DNA from: a virus
Strand: one strand, 5' to 3'
IMG/VR virus record: IMGVR_UViG_3300031949_000008
Location: 32,001 to 96,000 of that record
Length of the DNA: 64,000 nucleotides
Part shown: in pieces, positions 48,758-58,246 of the stretch
Layout: each line of letters starts with the position of its first letter
How positions within the stretch are numbered: position 1 is the stretch's first letter
The notes under the pieces: model-generated
Database searches by the model: none
What the model was told of the DNA's origin: nothing
The model's input: only the letters and a program-made list of their open reading frames with translations
Program-made: the position numbers and the translations under genes

Positions 48758-50184
48758 TTACGACCAAGTTGATTAACTTCTGTTGGGCGTGGTATATCTT
48801 CTAAATATGTACTTAATTTGTCAGATTCAGTGGACATCATACCTCCACCTTTTTTAGAAGTAATTGTGCCGCCACGTCCTGGTTTTTGTATATATTTACC
48901 TATTTCTTCTTTTATAATATCTTGTATTTCTTTAGATTTTGCAATATCTTTTTGTTTCTCAATAGTTTTACGTCCAGGTGATGCTGTTTTAAGTAATTTA
49001 ACTTTGCCTTCTTCTAAAGGATTCAATACATTATTCCATAATTTAGATATAATTTTAGGAGCATCTTCAGAACCAAATTCGGCAAATAATAACATTTCTT
49101 GTTTTGGAATCAATGCTCTTAATCCTTCATGAACATGTTGTGCTACAAATTCTAAATCTAAAGCAGCTGAAGGATCTTTAGGATCTTTTATATTACTTAA
49201 TAATGTAGTAGCCTGTTTTTTATATGAGCTCTCAGGTAAATTTTTTACTCTAGTTTTTAATTCGTTATAAAATTTTACTCTTGCAAAAGGATTTTCTTCA
49301 ATTTTTGATCTTAAAGGATGAAATTCTGATGTTAAATTCATCATATCTGTATATGTCTGTTGTAATATTTCTGAAGTTTTAGGAACTTTAGTTTTAGTTA
49401 ATTTTGTACTTTCTTTAAGTGGAACATAATTACTTTTAGCAGGTTCGCTCTGTAACAATTTCCACATTCTATCTTTAGCTTCTGAAGTAAATGGAATTTT
49501 ACTTTGAGGAAGTGATATACCTAATTTATTTCCTACATGTTCAGCCATTAAATTCTCAATTAATCTGGCTCCAAAATCTTGCCTCAGTATATAAGGAGAT
49601 ACTCCAACTTTTGTAAGAGCTGCTTCTGTTCCTATTGGAGATTTGGCATATAGTACATTTAAAAGATTATTAACTTCTGGATCAAGTGATTGTAATCCAT
49701 GTGCTCCTTCATGAATAACCGCAGTAGGATCAGGTCTATATAATTGTGCTGTTCCTAATGGACGCATTTGAGATGGCTCAAGATATTCAGCAATAGTTAA
49801 TGGTGATTTTGGTATAGGTTTCATTACATTCACTGGCATCTTTGCTGTAACTGCACTCATACGTGGAGAAAGTTCCTCTGCTGTTGCTCCAACCTTTTTT
49901 ATCGTATCAAGCATTTTTAATAATTGTGGGGATGTTTGAGATGATGTATTATAGATAAATCCAGACGGTCCACCAATCATACCTGTAGGATCAAGAAGAT
50001 TTAACAATGATCCTAATGCAGATGGTCCTGTTCCTATATTAGGAAATTTTATTTCTTTACCTCTATATGATTCTATCATTTCAGGTGTAAACATGTTTAA
50101 CAGAGAAAAATCACGCAGATTTTGTATATCTGCTTCTCTCTGTTGAGACATACTTTCTCCAATTTGACCACCTAAAATTGCCAT
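48745..50184 (-). CDS. hypothetical protein with HExxH motif (possible internal virion protein)
   Basis: IHEGAHG followed by a downstream E..AE; N-terminus resembles ejection-type proteins. Confidence 0.5.
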   Translation of the reverse strand: MAILGGQIGESMSQQREADIQNLRDFSLLNMFTPEMIESYRGKEIKFPNIGTGPSALGSLLNLLDPTGMIGGPSGFIYNTSSQTSPQLLKMLDTIKKVGATAEELSPRMSAVTAKMPVNVMKPIPKSPLTIAEYLEPSQMRPLGTAQLYRPDPTAVIHEGAHGLQSLDPEVNNLLNVLYAKSPIGTEAALTKVGVSPYILRQDFGARLIENLMAEHVGNKLGISLPQSKIPFTSEAKDRMWKLLQSEPAKSNYVPLKESTKLTKTKVPKTSEILQQTYTDMMNLTSEFHPLRSKIEENPFARVKFYNELKTRVKNLPESSYKKQATTLLSNIKDPKDPSAALDLEFVAQHVHEGLRALIPKQEMLLFAEFGSEDAPKIISKLWNNVLNPLEEGKVKLLKTASPGRKTIEKQKDIAKSKEIQDIIKEEIGKYIQKPGRGGTITSKKGGGMMSTESDKLSTYLEDIPRPTEVNQLGRKWEF

Positions 50185-50620
50185 TATTCTGTTACCTCTA
50201 AATATTTTATTGCATTACCTAAAATTTCTTTATTATCACCAGCATTGCCTAATATTAAATTACACTGATTACATAATAATCCTCTTACTTTATTAGTTTT
50301 ATGATCATGATCTACACATAACATATCATAGATTTTACCGCATATAGCACATTTATTTTCTTGTTGTAAAAATAATTGTTTATATTGATCTTCTGTTAAT
50401 CCATATTTATAACAATTTCTACGTATTCTTAATTTATCTTTATTACGTACTTTATAGACTTTATCCCATATTTTAGCTTTATCAGGATTATTCTTTTTAT
50501 ACTTTGCATTTCGCTTTAAAATTATATCTTTATTTATATTATAATAAGTTTTGCCTTGTTGTAAGAGGTTTTCTTTATGTTTAAGATAATATTGTCTACG
50601 ATATTCTTTAGACTGTGACA
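50184..50620 (-). CDS. endonuclease VII-like homing endonuclease
   Basis: KYGLT..Q..KCAICG...VDHDH..VRGLLC..CN..LG; probable start MSQSK (ORF track starts at 50696). Confidence 0.88.
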
Positions 50621-50622
50621 TA

Positions 50623-52416
50623 TTATTCTCCACTAACTCCAGGCATAGTTCCAGTTGTTGGCCGTGGGCCTCCAGTAGCTCTTGATAGCAGACCACCTCC
50701 TGCAGCCCGTGCTAATTCTTGCATTTGTGTTTGTGGACTGATCACTGGCTGTCCTGGTGGGGCGACAGGTGGTGGACCACCTTTACCACCTGGTGCTTCT
50801 TGACCAGTTTGTGCCATCATGGCTTGTTGCTGTTGCTGCATTGCCATTGCTTGCTCAGGTTTTAATAATCTTCCGATATTTCTAATATCCAATACATCAA
50901 GAACCATTTTTCGTAATTCAACTTGATCCATATAAGGATCTTGATTGAACATTTTATAAGCTTGCATAATCTGCTGAATTCTAACTTCCTTAATAGCAGT
51001 AGTTGAAGAGCCCATGGGCTGAAAGTTATATTGTTTCAGCATCTCATTAATATCTTGCTGATAAAAAGACATACCATTATATCTCTGAAACTCTTCAATT
51101 CCAACAATTTTAGCAAATTCTTCAGGTGGTAAGAAATGATAATCTAACCATACAAACATTTTTGCAATACTGCGTAGAACAGTAAACTCTAACATCTTAA
51201 TAATTGTATCAAATCTAATATTTGATGCTTGTTGTAATCTTATAATTCCTGTAGCAGTTTCTCTACGTTCAGGTGGTTCTCCTTTTGAATATGAATACTC
51301 GCCTGTGGCAGTATCCATATCTCGTTTTATAATATCTTCTTCCATATATGCAGATTTAGTAACATCACGAGTATCTAATGGTTTAATAGCATTAACATCA
51401 TTAGATAAAATAACATTACCTGGGTAAGATATCATGTTATCAAAATCTATATCAGCATATTTGTTAGCAATCCACATACGGTTAATAATCAAGTTCACAT
51501 TATCCATACGCTGATTTCTAACGCTATTTAACTCTTCTTGTAGATTTTCAGCTACTTCAGGAATTCCTATACCATACAGTTCATGTTGTACTGGAATATA
51601 TCTTGCCATAATAAAAGGAAGCAATCCCTGAAATGGATTATCTTCTATTTTTAATACAAAATTCTTAGCACCAATTACAATTATTTTATCTCTATCCCAA
51701 TATTCTAATACTTCTACAATATTTCTATTATTATCAAATCCATACTCATCCAAAATACCGACACTGGATAAACGATCTTTCTTAAACTGATCTACATTTG
51801 CCATTGATTCAGTATGATTAAGTAACTCTGGAACATTGGTATAAAAGCCCTGCTCATATAATCTCTGTAATTCGTCATAATCCATATATGCCAATTGGAT
51901 TATATGCTTCATTCTACGAACAGATTTAGCTCTATAATCAGGAAAAACATTAAATAAATCCAATGGTTCAATATCAATATAATTAAAACTTACAAGTTCA
52001 TCATCACTAAACTTTGGAATTATCTTAGCAAAAGATGTACCATAAATAGCAGTTTCCTTAAAAAATTCAAGTATCTTACTGAATAACTCTAACTGTTCTT
52101 CATCTAATTGATATTCTAATAATCTTTCCAATAATATAGCCATTCCTTCTGCTGCACTTTTACGAGATATAACAGAAAGAATAGGTCGAGTATTGAATAT
52201 CGTGCCTAACATTTTTGGAACGACTGATTCTACGATTGAGAAAATATATGGAACAAAAATATTAGATTTAAATGGAGTTGTAGTTACATCACGCCAGCTT
52301 CTGTAAAGTTTATAAAATCTTTTCCAGCGATCTTCATAAGGTGTACGCCATCGCTTGGAAGCTTCATAAAGATTTGTCACAAAGAGAGCGGGATTTTCTT
52401 CTCTTGATACGATCAT
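50623..52416 (-). CDS. portal protein (P22/SU10-like)
   Basis: YGTSF.K, P...LYG.G, NQRMDN, ETATG; Q/P/G-rich C-terminal tail; follows TerL. Confidence 0.9.
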   Translation of the reverse strand: MIVSREENPALFVTNLYEASKRWRTPYEDRWKRFYKLYRSWRDVTTTPFKSNIFVPYIFSIVESVVPKMLGTIFNTRPILSVISRKSAAEGMAILLERLLEYQLDEEQLELFSKILEFFKETAIYGTSFAKIIPKFSDDELVSFNYIDIEPLDLFNVFPDYRAKSVRRMKHIIQLAYMDYDELQRLYEQGFYTNVPELLNHTESMANVDQFKKDRLSSVGILDEYGFDNNRNIVEVLEYWDRDKIIVIGAKNFVLKIEDNPFQGLLPFIMARYIPVQHELYGIGIPEVAENLQEELNSVRNQRMDNVNLIINRMWIANKYADIDFDNMISYPGNVILSNDVNAIKPLDTRDVTKSAYMEEDIIKRDMDTATGEYSYSKGEPPERRETATGIIRLQQASNIRFDTIIKMLEFTVLRSIAKMFVWLDYHFLPPEEFAKIVGIEEFQRYNGMSFYQQDINEMLKQYNFQPMGSSTTAIKEVRIQQIMQAYKMFNQDPYMDQVELRKMVLDVLDIRNIGRLLKPEQAMAMQQQQQAMMAQTGQEAPGGKGGPPPVAPPGQPVISPQTQMQELARAAGGGLLSRATGGPRPTTGTMPGVSGE

Positions 52417-52418
52417 AT

Positions 52419-53168
52419 TTACCTACTTGGTTGTCCTAAATATTGTAATAAACTTTGTATAAAAGGATTAATCAGTCCTGATTCTCCTATAGGAACTGCT
52501 TTCTGATTTGATATCTTATTCATTAATATATCCATGAGTGAAGGAGAATAAATAGTATTTACCATATCTGGATTTGTCTTTACTTGTTCAGCTAATCTAG
52601 CTACTCTTTGTGCTTGTGGTTTCTCTTTAGCATAATTAATTTGATTATAAGGCTTTCCAAATGCTCTTTTGCTTCCTAAATTATATTCTACCACATCAGG
52701 ATTTCCACCATATAATGTATTACCTAAACCAGAATATGCCTGTAATGCTGTCATTCTATCATTAGGATATTGTTTAAACTTTTCAGCCAAAAATTTAGCC
52801 GCAAAGTCTAAGGATATCTTTCTAGATTCATCTTCTGGTAACATAAATGCTAAATTTCCAGAATCATCGCCACCACTAAGAGCTTTCATTAAACTAGGAT
52901 GCTTGCTCCAAAATACTCGTGCTGGATTACCAGGATCAAAATTTCCTAACCCACTTTCTGACATACCTAATGCTACAAAATCAGCAGGATCAAGTCCATA
53001 CTTTCTAGCTGCATTTGCAAATTCTAAAATAGTTGGTAAGTTATACCAATCGGTGTGTGTACTAGGTTTAGACTGATCAACAAACCATGTCCAATCTTGT
53101 GGATTTTCACTAACTCCTAAAACATCTGCTCGTTTTGCATTCGAAGAATTAATTTTAGATTCTGACAT
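52419..53168 (-). CDS. lytic transglycosylase (SLT/lysozyme-like) domain protein
   Basis: A.KYGLDP..FVAL...ESG (catalytic Glu), AAKFL, ALQAYSG. Confidence 0.7.
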   Translation of the reverse strand: MSESKINSSNAKRADVLGVSENPQDWTWFVDQSKPSTHTDWYNLPTILEFANAARKYGLDPADFVALGMSESGLGNFDPGNPARVFWSKHPSLMKALSGGDDSGNLAFMLPEDESRKISLDFAAKFLAEKFKQYPNDRMTALQAYSGLGNTLYGGNPDVVEYNLGSKRAFGKPYNQINYAKEKPQAQRVARLAEQVKTNPDMVNTIYSPSLMDILMNKISNQKAVPIGESGLINPFIQSLLQYLGQPSR

Positions 53169-54526
53169 TAAAAATATCCAGTTACTTTATTTAATCTATC
53201 AGGAGTTTTTGGTAAAAATTTATATCCTGGATGACGGTAAATTATTGGAACCATACATATATATCTAAGACTATCAATTAAATGATCATCTCGCTTTAAT
53301 ACTCTCTCTTTAGGATCTTTTTGATTCTTATTTCTAGCCCAATCATCCCATAGATAATGACGTAATTCTCTTTTTAGATTTACACAATTTTTAGTAATAG
53401 ATAACTTTGGCTTCTTATTCTCAGAATCAAATAATGAGTTTAATGTTAAAATACCTGCTGGAACATCTTTATCTGCATCAGTAGTATAAATACCAGAAGA
53501 CATTAATTGATCTTTAATACTTTTACCAGATGTTGCTTGTACAATTTTACCAGATGTATCCATCACACTAATCTGTGGTACTCGTCCATGTAATTTCTTC
53601 TTTATTTCAGGCACAAGTTCTGTAACTGTACCTGCTTGTAATATTTCATCATATACAATATATTCATTTTCTTTATTAAAGGCTACAAATAGAATACCCC
53701 AAGGATTTCGATCATGTGGATCTATTCCAATAAATATCATATGATCATCAGTTATCTTAATAGGATCTATCATATTTTTATCAGAAAATGATTTTAATAC
53801 TAATCCACTTCTAGGAATAAATTCACCCATCAAAGCAGCTTCCAAGTTATCCTTCATTGCTGGATTGGCCCTCACTGAGTCAATTTCTTTCTTTGTCACA
53901 TATGGATTTTCATCAGTCCGAACATGCCAATGTTCTACTGCTGGAGGAATAGCTTCAGGATTATCATATAATTGGTCATAGAGCCAGGTTAATCCGTGAA
54001 GAGGGGTACAGGTAATAATTAATTTTCCACCAACATCAATAGTTCGCATAAAATTACTTTGAAATACATCTAAAGGTGGTTCCTCATCCATAGATACTAA
54101 ATTACGAGATACACCTTCAAAGGATTCCAAATCAGATTCATAACTTTTAAATTCTATTTCTGTACCATTCTTTAATATTAAAATAGGACGTTCTTTACTA
54201 CAATGACCATCCCATGCGTCAGGATATAAAAACTTTTTAAAATAAGGTAATGCAATTCTAAAAATACCATTAAAATCTACTGTACAATATCTAATCTGTA
54301 AAGGTGGTTCTGGATAATCTAAATATGGATGAATACCCAAAGCTGCCCAACAAACTTCTCCTATATTACTATAAGTTTTTGAACTTCGCTTTCCACCTAA
54401 AATAAGTCTAGTTTTAGCTGTACTTTTATGAAACTCAGCAATTTTAGAATTTGCTGGTTTATATTTCAGCAATTCCATATTTGCTAACTTCATAGTAGTA
54501 CCATCATCAAATTGAGAAAAATCCAT
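53168..54526 (-). CDS. terL: terminase large subunit
   Basis: Walker A variant GGKRSSKT, Walker B MDEEPP, TCTP, ENPY, nuclease GIDPH and DDHLIDSLRY. Confidence 0.93.
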   Translation of the reverse strand: MDFSQFDDGTTMKLANMELLKYKPANSKIAEFHKSTAKTRLILGGKRSSKTYSNIGEVCWAALGIHPYLDYPEPPLQIRYCTVDFNGIFRIALPYFKKFLYPDAWDGHCSKERPILILKNGTEIEFKSYESDLESFEGVSRNLVSMDEEPPLDVFQSNFMRTIDVGGKLIITCTPLHGLTWLYDQLYDNPEAIPPAVEHWHVRTDENPYVTKKEIDSVRANPAMKDNLEAALMGEFIPRSGLVLKSFSDKNMIDPIKITDDHMIFIGIDPHDRNPWGILFVAFNKENEYIVYDEILQAGTVTELVPEIKKKLHGRVPQISVMDTSGKIVQATSGKSIKDQLMSSGIYTTDADKDVPAGILTLNSLFDSENKKPKLSITKNCVNLKRELRHYLWDDWARNKNQKDPKERVLKRDDHLIDSLRYICMVPIIYRHPGYKFLPKTPDRLNKVTGYF

Positions 54527-55905
54527 TATACACCAAAAATATGTCTAGTTTTATCATAATATGATTTAATTTCATGTGCTGATAAAGCACGATTAAATAT
54601 AAGGACTTCGCCAATTTCACCTATTAGATACTGTCCAGCCTGTGACGCCCAACTCCCAATTTCAAGAGTGGCTGCATTGGTTAAATCAATATTTCCGGCT
54701 GCAGATGAACCATCTAGACTACCGTTAGTATATGCACTACACAGATTACCAGAATAATTTCTAGTAGCTCCCAATAAAGAAAACTTATTCATGGTAATAG
54801 GTGTATTATTTGTTACGCCAACTCCTGCGGCAATTTCAAGTTGAAAGTAGGCAAGGCTTGAAATTAAATATAAGCTATACCATGCTGCCCCATCACGTTT
54901 GGTCACTAATCTATGAAGAGTCGAAGGATATCCAGATGGTCTTACCCAAACCAATATTGTTAAATCACTTATACCAATGGTAAGACTTGCATTAGCACCA
55001 CAATTTACATAATCATCCACCCCATCAAAGTACCATCCTATTCCTACTTTTGGTCTAACTTTATCTATTCTCCAGCTTGTTATCGTATTTGGATTAAATC
55101 CACTCTCAACGCTTGCCCAATTTCTCGTTGTGCCATTTAAGGCACTGACGATATGGACGGCGGTTGCGGGAGGATCGGTGACACGCTTAAAGGAGACATC
55201 GTCAGCATCTAATGAAGCAATTGTTCCGGCAATGATGTAAAATCTTCCGTTTGAAGACCCAATAATATATCCTGTTTTTAAGCCATTCCCAGTTGATAAA
55301 CTAACGCGAGTTAAACTCGAAATATCCAAATTGCCTGCAACGTGATTTGAAACCGTTAGTATTCCTTTGTAGAGAGCCAAATACGTTAACAGAGCTGCAT
55401 TCTGATTTAATCCATAGTTTACAGCTACGGCAACAAAATGAGCTACCCCGACAGCTATGGTACATCCAGCATCCTTAACCCAAAATCCCGTGTCTGAAGA
55501 AAATTCCCTGTCGGCAGCATTGGTTATAATTTCACTCCCCAACGTCTCCCCTGCCCCGACTCCAGCAAGGTAGCCGGTGGCTTTCTTGCCTGCGGCGTCG
55601 AGGACTTCAATATAGTGAGGAGTATAACCTAAATCTGTTCCAGCAAGAGCACTTAGGTCAAGAGATGACCAGAAGAAGGCATTACCAGAGGTGAAGTCAC
55701 CATAGTTATAGGTTGAGCCGATACTAGTCATCTGAGGATTACCAGCATATGGTACTGCTCCATTAATAATACCATCATTATGATTATCTGATTGATCCCA
55801 AATTTTAGATGCTTCTTTACCATATTTATAAAATGGTAACCAAAGGACACAGCCACCTAATGACATAGGATTCCATTCATGTTTACGAGTAGATCGTCTT
55901 CTCAT
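54526..55905 (-). CDS. LamG/concanavalin-like virion protein with inserted domains
   Basis: VLWLP...DQS..N.G, FDGVDDYV, G.IGEV.IFNRALS..EI. Confidence 0.8.
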   Translation of the reverse strand: MRRRSTRKHEWNPMSLGGCVLWLPFYKYGKEASKIWDQSDNHNDGIINGAVPYAGNPQMTSIGSTYNYGDFTSGNAFFWSSLDLSALAGTDLGYTPHYIEVLDAAGKKATGYLAGVGAGETLGSEIITNAADREFSSDTGFWVKDAGCTIAVGVAHFVAVAVNYGLNQNAALLTYLALYKGILTVSNHVAGNLDISSLTRVSLSTGNGLKTGYIIGSSNGRFYIIAGTIASLDADDVSFKRVTDPPATAVHIVSALNGTTRNWASVESGFNPNTITSWRIDKVRPKVGIGWYFDGVDDYVNCGANASLTIGISDLTILVWVRPSGYPSTLHRLVTKRDGAAWYSLYLISSLAYFQLEIAAGVGVTNNTPITMNKFSLLGATRNYSGNLCSAYTNGSLDGSSAAGNIDLTNAATLEIGSWASQAGQYLIGEIGEVLIFNRALSAHEIKSYYDKTRHIFGV

Positions 55906-55906
55906 A

Positions 55907-56398
55907 TTATTTCTCTAAATATTCTATTGCTTTCTTTAATATTTCTATATTTTCTTTTAAATGACCTAGACCAACATTACAACTATGACACAGTATGCCA
56001 CGAACAGTATTATTATAATGATTATGATCAATACATCTTCTTGTTTCAGCTAATAAAATACCACAAATAGGACACATATGATTTTGTTGTATCAATATAT
56101 TATCTACATCTTCTAAAGTTAAACCATATAAATGTTTAATTTGGTTTTTTCGTTGTCCTACCTTACCTTTTTCAGATAATGCATATTTACGATTTGACGC
56201 TTTTCCTGAATCTGTTTTTCTATATTTCTTTTTAATTTCTCTAGTAATTATCTTCCCTTGTTCTGTAGCATGATATCTTTTACTACATTCATCTTGACAT
56301 AATTTACACCATCCATCATACCCATCTTTAGATCTAGAATGTCTATAAAACTCATCTATAGATTTTTCTATATGACATTTACTACATAGTTTAGTCAT
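55907..56398 (-). CDS. endonuclease VII-like homing endonuclease with N-terminal zinc finger
   Basis: CSKC..EK..EF...DG...CK.C; CPICG...IDHNH..VRGILC..CN. Confidence 0.88.
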   Translation of the reverse strand: MTKLCSKCHIEKSIDEFYRHSRSKDGYDGWCKLCQDECSKRYHATEQGKIITREIKKKYRKTDSGKASNRKYALSEKGKVGQRKNQIKHLYGLTLEDVDNILIQQNHMCPICGILLAETRRCIDHNHYNNTVRGILCHSCNVGLGHLKENIEILKKAIEYLEK

Positions 56399-56400
56399 AT

Positions 56401-56736
56401 CTATTTCTCAAGTTGTATCTTAATTGTTACATTAGGATCTCCAGGCCCAATATCGCCACCTGTGGTCAGGCGAACTGAATCTTCAGGAAATACATCAACA
56501 TCTGTTATAAAATTATAACTAGCTGTTGGGGCTATTGTAGCTGACTGATAAAGTAATTCTCCTGTTTCTGCAAAGATATTTATATTGCCACTCACAAGAG
56601 GAGTAAAAGATCCCATTGTTCCATAAAAGCGGCATATTTTCATAGGCGAATTACTAGAATCAAATGTTACAGCAATTGCAGACGCAGCCGCACCACTTGT
56701 GATCGACGTTATAGCAACTATTCTATCTAAAATCAT
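56401..56736 (-). CDS. small putative virion protein
   Basis: 111 aa, beta-rich, S/T/G/A-rich. Confidence 0.5.
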   Translation of the reverse strand: MILDRIVAITSITSGAAASAIAVTFDSSNSPMKICRFYGTMGSFTPLVSGNINIFAETGELLYQSATIAPTASYNFITDVDVFPEDSVRLTTGGDIGPGDPNVTIKIQLEK

Positions 56737-57200
56737 TTTATTTCTTCTCCTTTAGGTGTATCTACAACTTCACCTTCAATAACATCAGGTTCTTCAATAT
56801 GTGCTTTGATTATATCTCTTAATTGCTCTGGCGTTGCAGCCCCAAAAATACTTACTTGTTTCATTTCTACTTGTTCTGGTGGTTTTAAACCAGCACCATA
56901 TAGGATTTCTTTATTAGCATCCAACTTAACTCGCTCATTTTCAGCATTCTCTGCTAACTGTTCTATACGAGCAAGCGCATCAGGAGCTAACATAACAAAC
57001 TGAGCACGCATACCCTGTTGAATTTCTGATATAAGCTCTTTTATTTTAGGATTATCTAGTTTATGATAAGCTGTACTAGCTAAAAATTTTACTTTTTTAG
57101 CATTCTCTCCGTAGGCAAGCTTATACGCCAAAATTGCATCGCCGCTCTCCGCGTATGCTTTAGCAAATGTAATCTGATTTGGTGAGGGATTATTTGACAT
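56733..57200 (-). CDS. terS: terminase small subunit
   Basis: Q..FA..Y...G....AY..AY...A..LL.NPKI...I HTH pattern; upstream of terL. Confidence 0.8.
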   Translation of the reverse strand: MSNNPSPNQITFAKAYAESGDAILAYKLAYGENAKKVKFLASTAYHKLDNPKIKELISEIQQGMRAQFVMLAPDALARIEQLAENAENERVKLDANKEILYGAGLKPPEQVEMKQVSIFGAATPEQLRDIIKAHIEEPDVIEGEVVDTPKGEEIK

Positions 57201-57201
57201 A

Positions 57202-57450
57202 TTATATAAAGTCAGATAACTTTTCTGATTCTTGTTTAATTTCTTTTTGTTTTTCTATTCGTTTCGATGGAGATAAAACTATCCGACAAGATGTAATCTT
57301 TCCAGGAATAGGAAGTTCAAACTTTATTTCTTCTCTTACTGGAACACGTCCTGCGGGATCTCTATTATCTTTTACTAGACTCTTTGGGTCAATTTTAGAT
57401 TTACTGACTTTGGTATGAGCTTTATGGATAGGGAATTTAAGGTCTGCTAT
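57202..57450 (-). CDS. 82-codon basic ORF with probable ATA start (not in ORF track)
   Basis: ATA GCA GAC...TTT ATA TAA fills the gap before terS; AAGGA upstream; no ATG in frame. Confidence 0.45.
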   Translation of the reverse strand: MADLKFPIHKAHTKVSKSKIDPKSLVKDNRDPAGRVPVREEIKFELPIPGKITSCRIVLSPSKRIEKQKEIKQESEKLSDFI

Positions 57451-57454
57451 TTTA

Positions 57455-57589
57455 TTACATTCCTTTCGGTATCATTTTCTTTTTCTTCATATCAGCATTC
57501 ATAAGAGTATGATGAGCATCTTTACAAGGTGAGGGAGGAGCCACTGCTTTCCTTGGATCTTTAAATGTTCCATTACTTTTCTTTGCCAT
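57455..57589 (-). CDS. 44-aa basic peptide (not in ORF track)
   Basis: MAKKSNG...KKKKMIPKGM; AAGGAG RBS. Confidence 0.6.
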   Translation of the reverse strand: MAKKSNGTFKDPRKAVAPPSPCKDAHHTLMNADMKKKKMIPKGM

Positions 57590-57599
57590 AATTTCTCCT

Positions 57600-57749
57600 T
57601 TAAATCTTACCAAACTTTATTGTAGGAAGTTTAAGTTTATGTTGCACAGGCATTTTCAGAGAGATGGAAGGATCTTTGCTTAATTTACGAGCCTTGGGCA
57701 ATTTAATCTTTACTTCTTTAAAATAAGATGTATCAGTTTTCTTAGCCAT
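57600..57749 (-). CDS. 49-aa Lys-rich peptide (not in ORF track)
   Basis: MAKKTDTSYFKEVKIKLPK...; TAATG-coupled. Confidence 0.6.
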   Translation of the reverse strand: MAKKTDTSYFKEVKIKLPKARKLSKDPSISLKMPVQHKLKLPTIKFGKI

Positions 57750-57982
57750 TATTTATTTGGGCGCATTCTGGTTGAACCTCTATATGTCCTTTGTCCAAAT
57801 CCAGTCTTTTCTCCCTTTTTACCTTCTGAATAAAAGATGGCCAAAGCCTGCCTTACATCTTCTGGTTTATGTGGATCTAATTTCTTTCCTGCTGAAGTGC
57901 GAAGTAACTTACCTTTCTCAAAACGTTTCATCTGTTCTGATACATGGACCTTCCCTTTTTCACCTAATTCTGTCTTTGCCAT
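57749..57982 (-). CDS. small basic protein (DUF6496-like pattern)
   Basis: M..F..GKL..S.GK......QALAI..SE pattern. Confidence 0.6.
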   Translation of the reverse strand: MAKTELGEKGKVHVSEQMKRFEKGKLLRTSAGKKLDPHKPEDVRQALAIFYSEGKKGEKTGFGQRTYRGSTRMRPNK

Positions 57983-58050
57983 ATCTATATCTTTAAATGG
58001 AAAGGTCTGTATTTACAGACCCTCAGCGAGACGCATTCTCTGCCTCTCAT

Positions 58051-58239
58051 TTAAATTATTGGATTCTTGATACTCGTTTTTTTCTTAGCTGATCGATGTT
58101 TTATCTTTATACCTTTAGATTTATTAGGATATCTCTCTAGATCAGCTCCAGCGATATCTGGTCTTCCAATATGTGTCTGAGTATTTTCTGGTCCGCTGGT
58201 TCCTATGCCAGCATATCCTCTACCTGCTACTGTTGCCAT
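58051..58239 (-). CDS. small basic hypothetical protein
   Basis: 62 aa, Lys-rich C-terminus. Confidence 0.5.
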   Translation of the reverse strand: MATVAGRGYAGIGTSGPENTQTHIGRPDIAGADLERYPNKSKGIKIKHRSAKKKTSIKNPII

Positions 58240-58246
58240 GATACCC

